From Haliotis rubra (taxonomy: Eukaryota), in the NCBI RefSeq assembly GCF_003918875.1, contig NW_025766966.1:744001-808000 (forward strand): 64,000 nt of DNA, written 5' to 3'. Positions within the stretch are counted from its first letter, which is position 1, and each line of letters starts with the position of its first letter. Made by a program: the position numbers and the translations under genes. The notes under the pieces were generated by a model. That model saw only the letters and a program-made list of their open reading frames with translations. It did no database searches and had not been told where the DNA came from. Below are positions 1-14,330 of this stretch, piece by piece.

Positions 1-407
1 GGTCGCCATTTTGGTTCGCTTGGCGAGGCAGCTGTAAGGATGGTTCGCGTGAGCGCGGGTGCTCGAACGGGGACAGGCGTTCAGGATCAAGTGCTCGCTA
101 GCGTTCATGGGCACTCGCGGTTCTGAACATGCTTCTGGTCTCCCCATGGGGCTGGAGCATATTCACCCCATTTTGTACCATGGCAACATTTTATGAGAGG
201 CAAATGTAGAGTTGTACAACTGAGATAGAAGTGGACTGTGAATGACTGTTGTAAGTGAGCACACAACATATTGATGCCTCATGCATGAGTAACTAAGTTC
301 AAGTCTGGATAATGTACACAATATCAGGATAACCTAATCAATGTTTATTTCGTCATTAACCTTCCCACAAAATGTTGAATCTTAGTTGGACAACAAACAG
401 AACATAC

Positions 408-3400
408 CTGACTGTAGAACTTGTAAAGTTCATCATGGGAAAATTCTATTCGGATCTTTTCTTTTTCCTGAAATTCAAGCATTCATAATGTTATTCTTGA
501 AATAAACAAATGTTTGAGTTACAGAAATAACAAAACTTGTTAAAATAAAATAAAAAAAACAACAGACAGAAATAAATGATAATTTTGAAAACATATCTAC
601 ATTTTCTTGCTTATTCTCCCATTCACAATATGTTATCTTATTCACAATATTTCACTTATATTATGGCATATAAGTTTAGAAAAGGAGGAACCCTTGAAAT
701 GACTCAGGTTACTTTGGCACACATTTAATGAAACCCATTACCTTGATGCTGCCAACAAACCAAGTATATTCTTCAGTGCAAATATATGTTTCAAACAAAT
801 GAGCATAATTAAGCGGAACAAGTCAGTACATCTTATATGAGTTAGCCACCCACTCCTCTGTGAATTATGTTATAGTTCTATCTTTCAGAGATGCTGTGAG
901 GCTACCATCATGGGTTTTAAGATGGTCACATACCGTATATTACCGTAAATAAGCCAACCCTAACTTGACCCTTAAAATCAGTGTCAAAGCGTATGTTTTC
1001 GGTGTTAAGCTATCGCGCACGCGCCGCGCGCGAGCATATGCCTTGCGCGACGCGCGCGCCGCGCCGCGCCGCGCCGCGATGCTTGCGCGCGCCCACGCAC
1101 ACACGCCACACACACACACGCACGCCGCGATGGGATCCTAATCGCGGCACGCTCTGACGCACAAGACAACGACGCGCCTGTTACGCGACGCACGCCGGAT
1201 GTTGACCACAAGAAACAGGCAGTTACCGTCCTGGTTAAACGTATATGTTTGGTGAAAATAGTATCTAATAAAGATTTTACTGACCCATAACGTAGGAACC
1301 TGTGTTTGTTTTCTTTTTAATATCATGACGATCACTGATGGTATCAACAACGAGACGGTAATTTTACTCTTAATGTTAAAAATATATTATATTAACTGCA
1401 GTGAAATCGTATCCCTCTGATATTTATAACTTCGGCCCACATTATTCACAGCAATCACTTACATACTGCATCTAGCTACTCACTCACGGTACCTACTTGT
1501 GAAATGGATCAAGGAATTCTCACAGATTTATGTTACAGATTTAAGGGTAGGTGTAAATATAAGGACATACTATTATTACTTGGTGTCTGACATTGTCATC
1601 ATCAAAGTAAAAAGATGACAAATAAAGAGCCACTGAAGGATGTGGTTAAGGGTTTTTAAGTTTGAAAATAAAGTCTATTTAAGATCAAGTAAAATTTCAT
1701 TTTTAAAACTGAATATGGCAAAATAACCAAAATTAACAAAGCTGTATTGAAGTTGTTGAGTACAAGAACTGAAACAAAACAAAATCCAGTCAAAGGGAGA
1801 TAACTCCTCTTCACACCTTACCTCAGTTGCCTCATCACCAACTTTAAGTTCAAATAAAGCATTTGGTGACTTTAATTTAGTTTTATTTGACTGCGCCATC
1901 TGCAAGTTTAGTCGCCAGTTAACAGCCTCAAGCTGAAATGAGACCAAATGAACATTTAAGATACACACATATACCAATTCTATACCAATACCAATCTAAT
2001 GTATCTAAATATGGGATATTCTTCCCTTGGCAAAAAATGAAGACATAATGTATATCAAATTGACATAGTTACAGATGGCCTCGCACCTGTTTAGGCACCA
2101 GAGTTCTCTCCCTTAGCTTCTGTACGGTCTCTTTGGCACAACTTGTCCACTTCTCTACAATGGCCTGAACCTGTAACAAACAGCTCAATGTAATCGCACA
2201 GGGTAACCCAGAGGTTAATGATGAAGGCCCAGTTTTGATCAATAGCACAGGTACAATGTGAAGCCCATTTCTGGTGTCCCTTTCCATCATATTGAATTAA
2301 TATTGTTAAAAGCGTCACTATAGTCAAAGTCAGTCACTCTGATTGGGACATTGTCCATCTCCATGTCCATTTTCCAGAAAGGTGGAGGGGTGCAAACGAT
2401 GACTTTTTGAGACATATATCAAGCATTTTCCACATTTGGAAGCTATTATGGTGTTTTGGAAACTAAATTTAAACATACTAACAACACTACTTTTTCAAGA
2501 AACATACACGACAACTCTAGTAAATCTGCCAAAAACACCCTCTTCATTAACCATTACTAGCAGGGGATTCAAGGAACATGTACATAGGTATTTTAATCAA
2601 TCATCAGATCTCACCTTGTCATCATCTATCTCCAGCTGCTGCAGCTGGCTTGTGAGGACTGCTGGTTTTGCCGTGTGGTACGCAGCCTGCAAATCAGGAG
2701 ACACCAATGTTAGAAACAGACACAAGAAAATGATATTTGTTGGTAAAATATCAAAACAATTGTCATGACTGAATCAAACACTGGCTAGATGATCACTGGT
2801 GATACTAACATGTATGACATGTGAGCAGTTACTTTGAGACAAACATGCCTTAAGCTTGGTTTGACTGTCTCAAGGGTTTTGTCTTACATGGTTTCAATTT
2901 TGGGTAACATTACATTGCCTCATTCGGTGACTGGGAGTAAACGTTTCTTCAGGCGGCTATGGACTCATATTTGCCATTACTAAGACCAGTATGGACCATT
3001 TGCTTACCTATATCAGCCTTGGATAATTGCAGGGGCCATAAATACAACATAGCTTAAAAATAACTGAAGATGGGTTACACATGCTATCCTTCATAAGCTT
3101 AATCTTGAACTTCAATAACATTTATCATCGATGTCATATCTTCACTCCAAAAATGTCACAGTTGAGGTTTTTCAGTTACTATTTCTTCTGATCATTTTGG
3201 GGCATTTTTTCACTGAATCACCAATAAACATGATAAACAGGTAGAAAATGTGTTCACAACTGATTGTTGTGTAAAGCTTAGTAAACAAGACAATGTGATA
3301 TTAATGTTGTGATTTACCAGTCAATGTAATCTTGGTGGTCCAGGTAGGAAAACTACTGTGCATACAGGCCCTTTACAGTATTTTGTTATGTCCAAAATTG

Positions 3401-5300
3401 AAAATTATGTATGAACTTTTCTTGAATTTCCCAATCACTGTATGTAAATAATAATCAAATTTCCTTCTAATAAGGTAAAACACATTTGTATTTCAATAAC
3501 ATATGGTTACACTAAAATTTCCTTTATGCTTGATTGATATCAAACAAAATCAATTTTGAGAAGTTTCAATCGATCCATATAATTACAACAGTTCTGAATT
3601 TGATGAACAAAGCCTATTTCATTCATCTACATGAGGTTCCATGCTCTTCCTGTTGTAACCATGCATGCAACACAGTTCTAGACCTGTGAAGACCTGGGTT
3701 AGAATAGGTCTTCAGTAACACATGCTTATCATAAGACGCAACTAACAGGATTGGGTGGTCAGGATTGCTGACTTGGTTGACACGTCATCTTATACCAATT
3801 GCGTAGAGCGATGCTCATGCTGTTGATCAATGGATTGACTGGTCCAGACTTGGTAATTTACAGATCACCGCCATATAGCTAGTATATTGCTCAGTGCAGC
3901 GTAAACAACAAGCAATCCAAAATCTTACAGTTTTATGGATTTATTGCTGAGAACAGTTGTCAATGGTCTTGTAAAACATTATAAGGAGTCATGAACATGT
4001 CACTTACAGTTTCACTTGCTAGGTCGAAGGGTATCCAAATCACAATGGCAAAAATCTGACATATGGCACTGCATCATGTCCTTTTTATCATAACATGTGC
4101 TCTTTTCCTCATCAGTTAAGAAGGGATGCATACCACTAACAATAAAATATACATTGCAGTATCGTAATACTAACATGTAAATCATCCATCATTCAATCAA
4201 CAAACACTACAATATAAGTTTAAGCTCACCTGTTGTAATATAAATTCAAGTGTTTCTAAAACAAGTTCAAGATCAGGGGCAGACAACTCAAATGTTGACT
4301 GGAGTTTTTCTTCTTCTTCTTCACTGAATGTTCTCTCATCCTGGAATCATACAAAATGTCAATCACTTGTCATTAAGTGGAATCATTAGGTTTATTTTTC
4401 ACTCCTTACTTGTCACGTAGCAATATATGCAGAAGCATGACTGGAATTGTGCAGATAAAAGTGTTCAGTTTCTGTCGTCTCTCATGAATTCCAAAAGGAA
4501 GGATGACAAGGATTACATTGATAGTGATCTCATTTAGGTATACACACAAACCTTCAAGTGCAGCTTCTGTAAGATGCGGTTTAAGAGCAATGGAAATTTC
4601 GATGAAGCCAAATCATTTATGATCCCAACTGCTTTCTTGATGCTGCAAGAGAGTGTGCAAATAATAAATAATATGAAATTCAAGTGAAAAACTGATCAAC
4701 CTGAGAGAGGGTGGGGGTGGGGTGGTGGGGGGGGGTGATGATGATGATTTTAAGGGGGTGGGGGTGAGGTGTCACCCATTTTGTTCTGAGGAGGTAGGGG
4801 TCATCAATTTTGTACACATGTACTAGGGGGGTGGTAATTGATTTTGTACATGATATGCAGGGGGGTCACTTACTTTGTACATAAATACTAGGGGGTCATT
4901 CACATTGTATAAATGCTTCTCCATAAAAATCATCATCACCACCCCACCCACCAACCCCAATACATAAATTATGAACGGTCCCCGAGAGCCAAGCTTGTTC
5001 CAGGATATTTTTGATAATAGAATTGAGACTTTTGAAAACTGATGAACCTAATGTGGATAGCAAATTGAGAGGTGATCATAATATGCTCTGTGAGTGTAAT
5101 GGGATAGGGATGTCATCTTAGACATCGATCATTTTAGGATTTAATAATACAGTGTTTTAGCGTGATTGTAACACAAATATAGATTCCCTCATATTACGGC
5201 ACTGTCCCACTGATTACAATGTACAAAACATCTACTGCAATTTAAGAGACACGCCCCTTTTGCGTCCCTACCTCGCTGTTGCAGTGAACATAAGCGCCAT
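408..5300 (-). CDS. COMMD10: COMM domain-containing protein 10 (7 coding exons in window; final exon lies beyond position 1)
   Basis: GT-AG exons 5272-5300, 4552-4642, 4230-4340, 2615-2686, 2087-2170, 1822-1932, 408-467 splice in frame to [57 protein letters not shown]...[29 protein letters not shown]...[14 protein letters not shown]. This matches COMMD10 as I know it ([20 protein letters not shown]-x-LNLQMA, EFSH). Confidence 0.93.
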
Positions 5301-5520
5301 GTTGAACAGCACGTGATCAAAACAACCAACGCGATGCACACAGTTAATAGATCCGATTTACCAATTTTTCCTTTTCAAACAAATATGTTATATACCTTGT
5401 TAAAAAGATATACTTAATTACAGTTCGAATTACATATAATTGAAATAAGTCGCCTTACATCTTCGAAAAATTGTAACATTTCATTTTGAATAACAAATGT
5501 GCATCGCGTGATCAAAGAAC
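5301..5520. promoter_or_regulatory. Probable bidirectional promoter between COMMD10 and the 5' non-coding exon of GPN2
   Basis: CpG-enriched 220 bp between two divergent AACATGGCG (YY1-like) motifs. A 12-bp inverted pair lies at 5329-5340 (acgcgatgcaca) and 5498-5509 (tgtgcatcgcgt). Plus-strand donors gtaag at 5626 and 5683, and an acceptor at 9448-9449 before the GPN2 ATG. Confidence 0.6.
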
Positions 5521-6827
5521 ATGGCGGCGCCCACAGATTTCAACAATTGTTCTTCGCATCGCAAATGGTGATGACAATGTCACAGCTCCATATCGTCAGC
5601 TGACATTTCGTTTGTATGTCGCCCTGTAAGCTATAAAGGTTTTGGATACCGGTTTCGGCAGCAATTTATGGCAGTTGGCCATGTAAGCATGTTTTGTTTT
5701 TTCTCAACTCGATCACGAATCACATCAATGTCACTGTGTTGTAGACGTCCCCAGTGAGCTCCTCATACTTGTCATACAGGGAGTCAGAAATGACTCAGCA
5801 TTAGTGATGTGCTGTCATAATTTGGAAATCACAAGCTTCAAATGAGAGTTTTTTTATCCAAAGTTTTCTAGCAAACATTTTTTTGTGCTTCTGCACTAAT
5901 GCAAAAACATCGAGACGAAAATGAGCCCTAAAAAATAGTTTTCGTTCATGACAGCACCCATCCACCGTATGTCCACCGGTCGTCTGCATTTGTAACTGCT
6001 AACGCTAAAAGGTCATGATCCCAGTAGGTGGGGTGTGGCCCGGGAAAAATAACTATGGAAGCACATTTCAGACACAATCCTTATAACTTTACAACAAAAT
6101 TTTCATGAAAAGTTGCCAAGTAAAAGCAATTATGACGACTTTGTAAGATGAAATTAAATAGTTATAGTTAATGAATTACGAAACTATGCTTGTGTTTGTT
6201 CAGTAAATGTCTCCAAAGTGATGAAGAATGTTTTTGTAACTTTTATTCAAGGTTACAGGAACATTTACTTGTTTAAAAGCGTTTTGTTTATTAAGACATA
6301 CAAAAGTAGACAAATTCTGAATATTTCTTGACAAAAACTTTCTTATCAGCATTGTGAGACATGAACTTCAATGTTACATCGTTATCAGCTGTTGGCGTAA
6401 ACTATTCGCCATACTGTTTGTCCGGATATTAGCCATCATGAATATTGATGACGTAGCGCACAACTGACCTTGATACTGTTGTGTGCATGATGGCTTCGTC
6501 ACGCTACGATAGCGAAGTGTCAAAGGCTGAAACTTATGTTTTTATAAACATTTATATTGATAAAGGTTTGTATAATTGTTGATTTTCACGTGCCTTGTTA
6601 ATTCCACATACCGCACCGAAACGTGTTAGGTGCGCAAATACTGATAACACGAGGTTACATGTCAATGCACTGCAAAATTGATACCAATAAGCCATTTTTT
6701 GGGGTGTTCCTGATCTGTTAAACAATGTGGGCATCACCTTCTTTAATCACATCCTCAGCACTGACACGACCAACCAATTAGTATGTCTCCATATGAAACT
6801 AAATCAGCACTTGTGGTTTGGTATTAA

Positions 6828-9345
6828 AGGTCACCTAAACCCTAGGGGTACAAATACATAAATCACTAACTGGCATCGTTATAAAATGAAACTCCGTCAT
6901 TAAAACTACTCATTTCGACCTTTAATTGACTTAAATCGACCTTTTTTGACAACAGTGCACAATTCTCACCCATGAGAGCGAAATTTCAACCAATCAGAGC
7001 CGATGGCGTCTGTGACGTCATATGAGGAATAGCTTTGAGGGCGATGCAGAATTCATCTACATTTTAGGGGTTAAATTATCTTGTTTACAGGCTTGTATAA
7101 ACCTGAAACCGTGACAATTGTTGTGGAAAATGAAAGCTATATGTTCTCACAATCTACTGTCATTTAATTTTGTCTCCTGCTTTGCCTAGTTTCCGAGTTA
7201 CAACTTGTTTTCATAGACGATTCTGTCAAAATCGATTGGTGTCGTCAACTAAGGCCCTATTTGTATAATGACTGATCCAAATTGATCCCATTTCTGTGTT
7301 TTTTTCCTCGATATTTAATCATGTCATGTAAAAATCTGTTTGTATTCTCAAAACAGTGTCGGCCCATAAGTTTTCACATGCAATACAGCAATTAATACTC
7401 CCTTGTTGTTATTTGTCATCATTCACTTGATGGTCAGTTAATGAATTTATAACAGGTATAATTAGTGGTAACACACTTAGATTACCCGACAAAGGTTCCC
7501 ATTTGGCATTTCTTGTGTCTGGAGTAAATATTCAACATTATAAACATCGATCAAAGGATTAACCGATAACACGCTGATTGATTAATTACTTTTATCTTAA
7601 ACAGCGGAATTATCAAAAGGTAGTGTTTATGTATGTAGATTTACTAATCTATACTGAATACACTCTGTCGTGTCGGTGTCATGCGTAAAAACAACGTCCT
7701 TCTTTCAAAGGATTAACCGGCAATAGATTGATTGATTGCCCATTATTGGCTAACTAAATTACTGTTTTAAAGAAAGGCGGACATTATGCAATTAGTTGCC
7801 AGGTGTGCTATCTTGGGTGACCAATGAGACTATACACCAATACCTGAAAAGATTTATCACTTTTCAGATATTAAACTGTTAAAAGACACATCATTTGGAA
7901 CAGTTTTGAGGATATTGATGGATACATTCCTCGAACAAGGTAATGGCCTGATATTGTTCCTATAACTTTAATCTGTTTTAATTTTTAATATTTGCATTTT
8001 GTTTTATTCATTTGTCGTAGCATTCAACAGAATCATTGTTTTAGCCGTGAAGTGTAATGAGACAGACAACATGCACTAGAATTATGTGTGCGAATTATGA
8101 TTCACATTGGAAAACTATAAAATGTCTAGATATTACAGTTCTGTTATAAATTAACTATAAGTATCAGCAGATCGTCTGCTTTTTATTTAGTTTCAAAATG
8201 CATACAAGTATGATAATAAACTAATTAGGATTATAAGACCAAATATAAAGACGCACATTGACTAGTATCTACATACTGGTGAGTGGACATTAACCATGGG
8301 AATGTAGCAAGAAATTTATCGGCGCGAGTATTGTGACTTCGACCCCCACCTGCGCTTCCGTGGAAGAAATCGTTATGTTATAAGTTGTGTCATGCAAAAT
8401 CCGTTTGGTTATGATTCCATTACATATTTAACTACGGTAGAAAGTAGTCTTGATTTTCTAACTTGATGAAAACAAACTATAATCTCATTAATTCTAACAG
8501 ATTTTTTATTTTTAAAATGGCGAACCCATGTCGGAACATCCGCCAGTCTGAGGATAAATGGTATTTAGGTTTGTTTTCTGACGAGTTAAATCAAAACTAC
8601 TTTCTACTTGTAGTAAAATATGTATTTTATTGATGGCCAATAGGAGTTTGCATGACATAGCATTATAACATAACAATTTCTCGTGGCGAGAGGTGGTGTC
8701 AATATAATACTACCTACAATATTATTGTTACTTCGACAACAACCTCATTTCGAGGAAAAATCGTTATGTTACAAGTTGTGCCATAGAAAATCTTTATGGT
8801 CATCAATCATATGCATATTTTACTACAACTAGTAAGTAGTTTTGATTCTTTAACTTCCGTGGAAGCGATCTGAACACACAAGTAAGATATCGTTTCAGGC
8901 TTCCACAACGCCAAGCCGCACTCACAAACATAACCCATTTAGCACCTAACTGCGGGGAGTCCTGTGGAAATCTGTGCATGGGGACACCATCGCCCGACCC
9001 TAGGAGCAATTGGCGACAAAGCAAAGCGATTCGGCATGTAAAATTAGGTTGATGTCGAGAAATCATCAAAATGATGAGCGTGCTACACATTTTCTATACA
9101 AATAACTGAAAATCGTTCCTCATATGGCGTCACTGCAGTGCTCTGGCGACAGAGTTACGTAACCTGTCTGTGGTTTCGACATGGCTTAGAGGGAAGCAGG
9201 CTTACTTTTTGGCCACTTTTAATCAAACCGGTATTAATTAACCACAAGTTTTTAAAGAATAAATTTGATGTTCCTCATAAGACTAACCACAAATCTTTCA
9301 TATGTAATGGTTAAACGAGTAACAAAAACAAAGTTTAGTGGTTCT
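6828..9345 (-). mobile_element. Decayed Kolobok-like DNA transposon with THAP-domain remnant, in the putative GPN2 5'UTR intron
   Basis: TTAA flanks (6824-6827, 9346-9349) and AG..CT termini with an imperfect TIR (aggtcacctaaac vs agaaccactaaac). Frameshifted minus-strand THAP motifs at 9037 to ~8858 (MPNR..ANCS..MHRFPQD..KW..VCSDRF). Confidence 0.5.
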
Positions 9346-9504
9346 TTAAGAAAACTGCTGGTATTGTCTAGCAGTGTACAAACTACAATGATGCACTCAG
9401 CACAAAACAAATTATTCATCATTTAAAGTTGTATTTTATTTATTTACAGGAACTGAAGTATAAATGAAACATTAGCCTAATCATCTGATCAAAACTGTAT
9501 CACC

Positions 9505-12193
9505 ATGCCATGGGGACAAGTTGTCATTGGCCCTCCAGGGTCTGGGAAAACAACATATTGTACTGGCATGTCAGAATTTCTAACTGGTCTTGGCAGAGAG
9601 GTTGCAGTGGTAAATCTGGATCCAGCTAATGACACACTGCCTTACAAATGTGCTGTGGACATATCTGATCTGATCACACTGAGTGATGTCATGGACAACT
9701 TGAAGCTCGGACCAAATGGAGGACTGATTTACTGCATGGAATATCTGGAAAAGAATTTTGATTGGTTGAAAGAACAACTGGAGAAGGTCAAGGTGAATTA
9801 CATATTGTTTGATTTCCCAGGTCAAGTGGAACTGTATACACATCACAACTCTGTCCGTAATGTGTTGGCGGAACTACAGAAGTGCAGCTACAACTTAGTA
9901 GCTGTGCATCTTGTGGACTCACACTACTGCAACGAAGCAGGCAAATTTGTGTCAGTGTTGCTCACGTCGCTGTCAACAATGCTGCAGATGGAGTTGCCGC
10001 ATGTCAATGTGTTATCAAAGGCAGACTTGATAGAGAAGTATGGAAAGTTGGCATTCAACCTTGACTTCTACACAGAGGTGCTTGATCTCAACTATCTACT
10101 GGACCATCTGCAGGTGAGGGATAAGGGAGGTAATCATGTGTGACTGATTCAAGTTTGCAGTCATTATAGATCTAATGGAGTTGTTTTGGTCTTTCTATTT
10201 TTTTAAAAAAACATAAAACTATGTCTCTGCTTATTAAGAGATTTGTTTATGATCTTTTAGTTAAAAGGCTCAGTTAATAATCAGATTCCATATGTACACA
10301 GTCTGCTTAAATTAATTGTTTTCAGGGATTGAAATAGTGCTAAATCTGCTTGACATGGCACATTAAATTGTAATGGCACAGATGAAATATTTGAACCAGT
10401 GCTAAACTAATAAACAATACATACATCAATGACATGTCTTTGTCATCAACTTGGAATATTTAAATGTACTCTGGAACATGTTTTGTTGGACATGATTACT
10501 GAGGATGAAACTCCTTGTCTTCTATTCAGGATGACCCAGTGTTCCAGAAGTACAAGAAGTTAAACGAGGCCCTGATTGGTGTGATCCAGGACTACAGTCT
10601 GGTCTCCTTCGTCATGCTCAACATACAGGTACTGCTGCTCACCATAATACTCAATGGAGGACATCTTAAAGTTCAGATTTGAAATTTTGCTTTGATGAAA
10701 AATAGCCAAGATATGAGTTTGATAAACCAGAGGTGAGGTGAAATTGGGTTTAATGTCGTTCTTGAGAATATTTCGCTCATATGACGACGTGCATTCATGT
10801 GTATGTGTATGTGCGGCTGCTTGTACTAGCCCAGACTGAAGCTGGTTTTATAGTGCTAGCCCACTGAGATACCATGCCCCAGTGAAGCATGAATACCCCA
10901 CTCACACACATTATACTGACTCCGAGCCGACCAGCCCTTGTTGTACCCATAAATGCCGAGCGGATCGAACCCGCGACCTTCCGCTCTCTGGGCAGACGCT
11001 CTTACCACTACACCAAGGAGGCGGTCTTGATAAACCAGATATACTGATAGAAGGAAACTAATGGATCAGTGTGTGAGGAAAGTGTTTTTGGCCATGAGCT
11101 GGTGTGAGTAACTGTGTTGGTTGGTTGGCATTTAGCAATGTTCAAGTTGTATAATGACTGTCTCTAAATAATGAAGTCTTCTCCAGACGATCCATTGATT
11201 GACATCATGATCAACAATCTGTGCAATTGGGATACAATGACAAGTCATGTGCTAAAGGGTCTTCAGTTTCACCATGTTTGATAGGTCTGTCATGTTTTTA
11301 TGCATTAAGATCAACCATTATTGTTAGTCTGTCACATTATCTGGAATTATATGATTTATTACAAAATATGTAACCTCTGCTAAAAATGTTCACATTTAAA
11401 TGTAATCAACCAGAATGGATGATTTCCTTGGTTAGAAATCCCGATAAAATCTTCTATATTGGATGAAGTCTGCAGACACGACATGGAACACCAATGGAAA
11501 GATATCAATATACCAAGTACAGGCTGAAAATGATGAACTTCTTTTCTGCTGTGTGATATGATGTATTTCTTAAAGAAAGATCCCTCTTAGCAGTTCCCTC
11601 ACTTTCTCATATGGAAGAGTCAACTTACAGGATGAGATCTGCAGACTCACTGACTCGGTTGATGCAAGTCATTGTATTCTAGTTGTACAGATCAATACAC
11701 ATGATGTCAGTCACTGGATTGTTTGGTCCAGACTTTATTATACAGACTGAAATGTTGCTGATTGTGGCATGAAACAATAAACTTGCAGGAGTACTAAGTC
11801 AGTACCAATTGTTTGATCAGCATTCTAGAAGTTGGTTTGTCAGTTTTAGCTTGAAAACGGTGTAGGAATCTTCACCAAAATGTTCCCTTATGCAATAAAC
11901 AAGAAGTTGTTATCCATAAATTTGTATGATTTATTATTGAAATTAGTACCAGTTTCCCCACCAGACGTTGAAGCATGTTTCTATTTGACCAGGACAAGGA
12001 GAGCATGCTGCGTGTGATGAAGTCTGTGGACAAGGCTAATGGCTATGTGTTCGGGGACACAGAGGAGAGGAGCATCCAGTCTCTGCTGTCGTGTGCGGTT
12101 GGGGCCGAGTTTGAATACGACAAGATCAAGGATGTTAGGGAAAAGTACATGGACACTGATGCCGTTACAGAAGATCAAGATGACTTTCCATGA
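9505..12193 (+). CDS. GPN2: GPN-loop GTPase 2 (~302 aa, 3 coding exons)
   Basis: Exons 9505-10113, 10530-10628, 11993-12193 with GT-AG junctions. Motifs [47 protein letters not shown]. The N-terminus MPWGQVVIG and the C-terminus fit GPN2 rather than GPN1/3. AATAAA at ~12725. Confidence 0.93.
10732..11026 (-). mobile_element. tRNA-derived SINE (family C, central region resembling the V-domain)
   Basis: Minus-strand tRNA head (GGTGTAGTGG A-box, GGTTCGATCC B-box) and a 13-bp TSD ttgataaaccaga at 10719-10731 and 11027-11039. The V-domain assignment is from memory of mollusc SINEs. Confidence 0.75.
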
Positions 12194-13559
12194 TGATAGA
12201 ACTAGTTAATGACTATGTTGTTGTACACAGGTGGACCTAGGATTTGTTAAAAATGTAACTTGTTAACTTTAGTATGCGTGTGTCAAGTTTGTTCAAAGTT
12301 CCCTCTCTCTCCTCCCCTTAAAAATTCCTGGATCCGCCAATGATCTGAGTATGATTTTGGTACTCTTGGCCTTTTACAAATTTCCACCTATTATCAGGCT
12401 GTTTTCCTACTTCATTCAGTTCTTGAACAGCTGGTGTCATCCATGGATGATCTCATTTATATTGATGTGAATGTAGATCTATAACTATAAGGACGTGTTT
12501 CTCTTCTGGAGTATCCTTGTACTAGGATAAGGGAGGGTATGAATTAAATTGTACATTAATGGTCTTGATTTGTATGTCATTGTGGTTGACATGTGAATGG
12601 GAAAGTGTGTCAGCCATGGGCTCTAATTCTGAAGCCATTCTCCTATTGACCTAATAGGTTGGTCCAGTTTGGCACAGTTTAATTCTTATTTTTGAGAACT
12701 TTTATATGAACAATTTATATATGTAATAAATATTTCAAAACTCTTTTGTGAATTTGTTTCTTTTTTTTATTTGATCAAGTGGCAACATGAAGTGTGACAA
12801 AACAACACACAGTTCAACAACACCAATTAGGTAACCTTGGTAACAAGTTGGAATACTTACAACTTTTCAGATTGTAAAAAAGTGCAAATATGAAACCATT
12901 CTGTACTATTCTTTGTGAAGAATGTACAAGAATATACACTGATGTATTACAATCATAATAAAGTAGAGTTTTACAACGTTAAACATTTTCTGAACAACAA
13001 AGAAGTCATGATATTAAAATATACTATCCAAATAAACCAGGGAATATTTTGTTGTTCGGTGTGACTTGAACAAATATCAGTGTCTGGCAAGGAAAGTAAG
13101 TGATTTATGAGGCAACAATATTTCTGAAGAAATCCTGCTCCATAACACAACGCTGATGGCCATGAAGCATGTAACACCGTAAAGCACTGTGAGGGGTGGT
13201 ATACCACATTTACCAGCGTCTCAGACACAGATGTGAGCAGGGACGGTGGGGTAGCCTTTTGTTAAAAGCATTTGCTGGTCACGTGGAAGACCCGGGTTAG
13301 ATTTCCCACATGGGTTCAATGTATGAAGCTCATTTCTGGTGTCCTCCAGAGTGCTGGAATATTGCTATATGCAGCATAAAACTATACTCACTCATTTGTA
13401 AGCAGATACACATTATTTTTTGGGAATCCAACACTGAAAGACACATTATTTAACACATTTAATTATTAGGGAAGTATCAGTATTGTTCATACAACGTTCT
13501 GAACACCCTGAGGTTGGGTTGGAGGTGGGCACATGACAGAAGGTCCACACAATGCAAAG

Positions 13560-14330
13560 ACAACGTTGATGATGGACGCCACTCTCGACGGCGAAGGCCA
13601 AAAATATCAGCCCAGGACATATTCAGAACCATGACATGAGGAAATCGGTTGCCAACTGGCACTCAGATAAGGGACCATTTGGAACAGGCAACGGGTGGAG
13701 GGGTACATGCCGAGAGTGCGCGATATCGTCATCACAGATGGCACCACATCCTCCTGTCATCCCATAAGGTACTGCACGTCATTTGAATATCAAGCACCAG
13801 TGGTGTAGGAGCGTTAACACTGTAATAACACTGGGCTAAAGTCGTTGTTTTCTAACGTGACGAATCGAGTTTTGAGACGTCCTAATAAACGTTTTATGAA
13901 GGTAAACGCCATACAGCTTACCATTTTGTGTGGATCCATAATGGTATGTTTGGTATCACAATTACTGGCCACTTTGCCGTCCCAGTTACAGGTCTATACC
14001 ATCGGGACATCACTGCACCACTTGCTGGCCAAAGTTCCATCTTTGATCATGATAATGCACGTGTTCACCATACCAGGATTGTGACCCAACTCTTCCAACG
14101 GCAAAACATCCATGCCACGACAAGCACTCAGTCCTGACCTTTATTTGGCTGACACATTTGGGGCGTACAGATGTGTACGTCAACATCAAAATCTATCCCT
14201 AATCTCAGTGAACTCGGTGCTGCTCTTACTGATGAGTGTAAAACATGAGTCAAGATGGCATTGATCGACTGATCAGTAGCATGTCTTTAAGATCTCGTGC
14301 TTGTCTTGCCAATAGAAGTTTGTTAATTGG
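13560..14330 (+). mobile_element. Tc1/mariner transposase remnant
   Basis: Broken frames with GSIMV, IFDHDNARVH (FQxDNARPH) and SPDL..HIW motifs. Boundaries are approximate. Confidence 0.7.
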
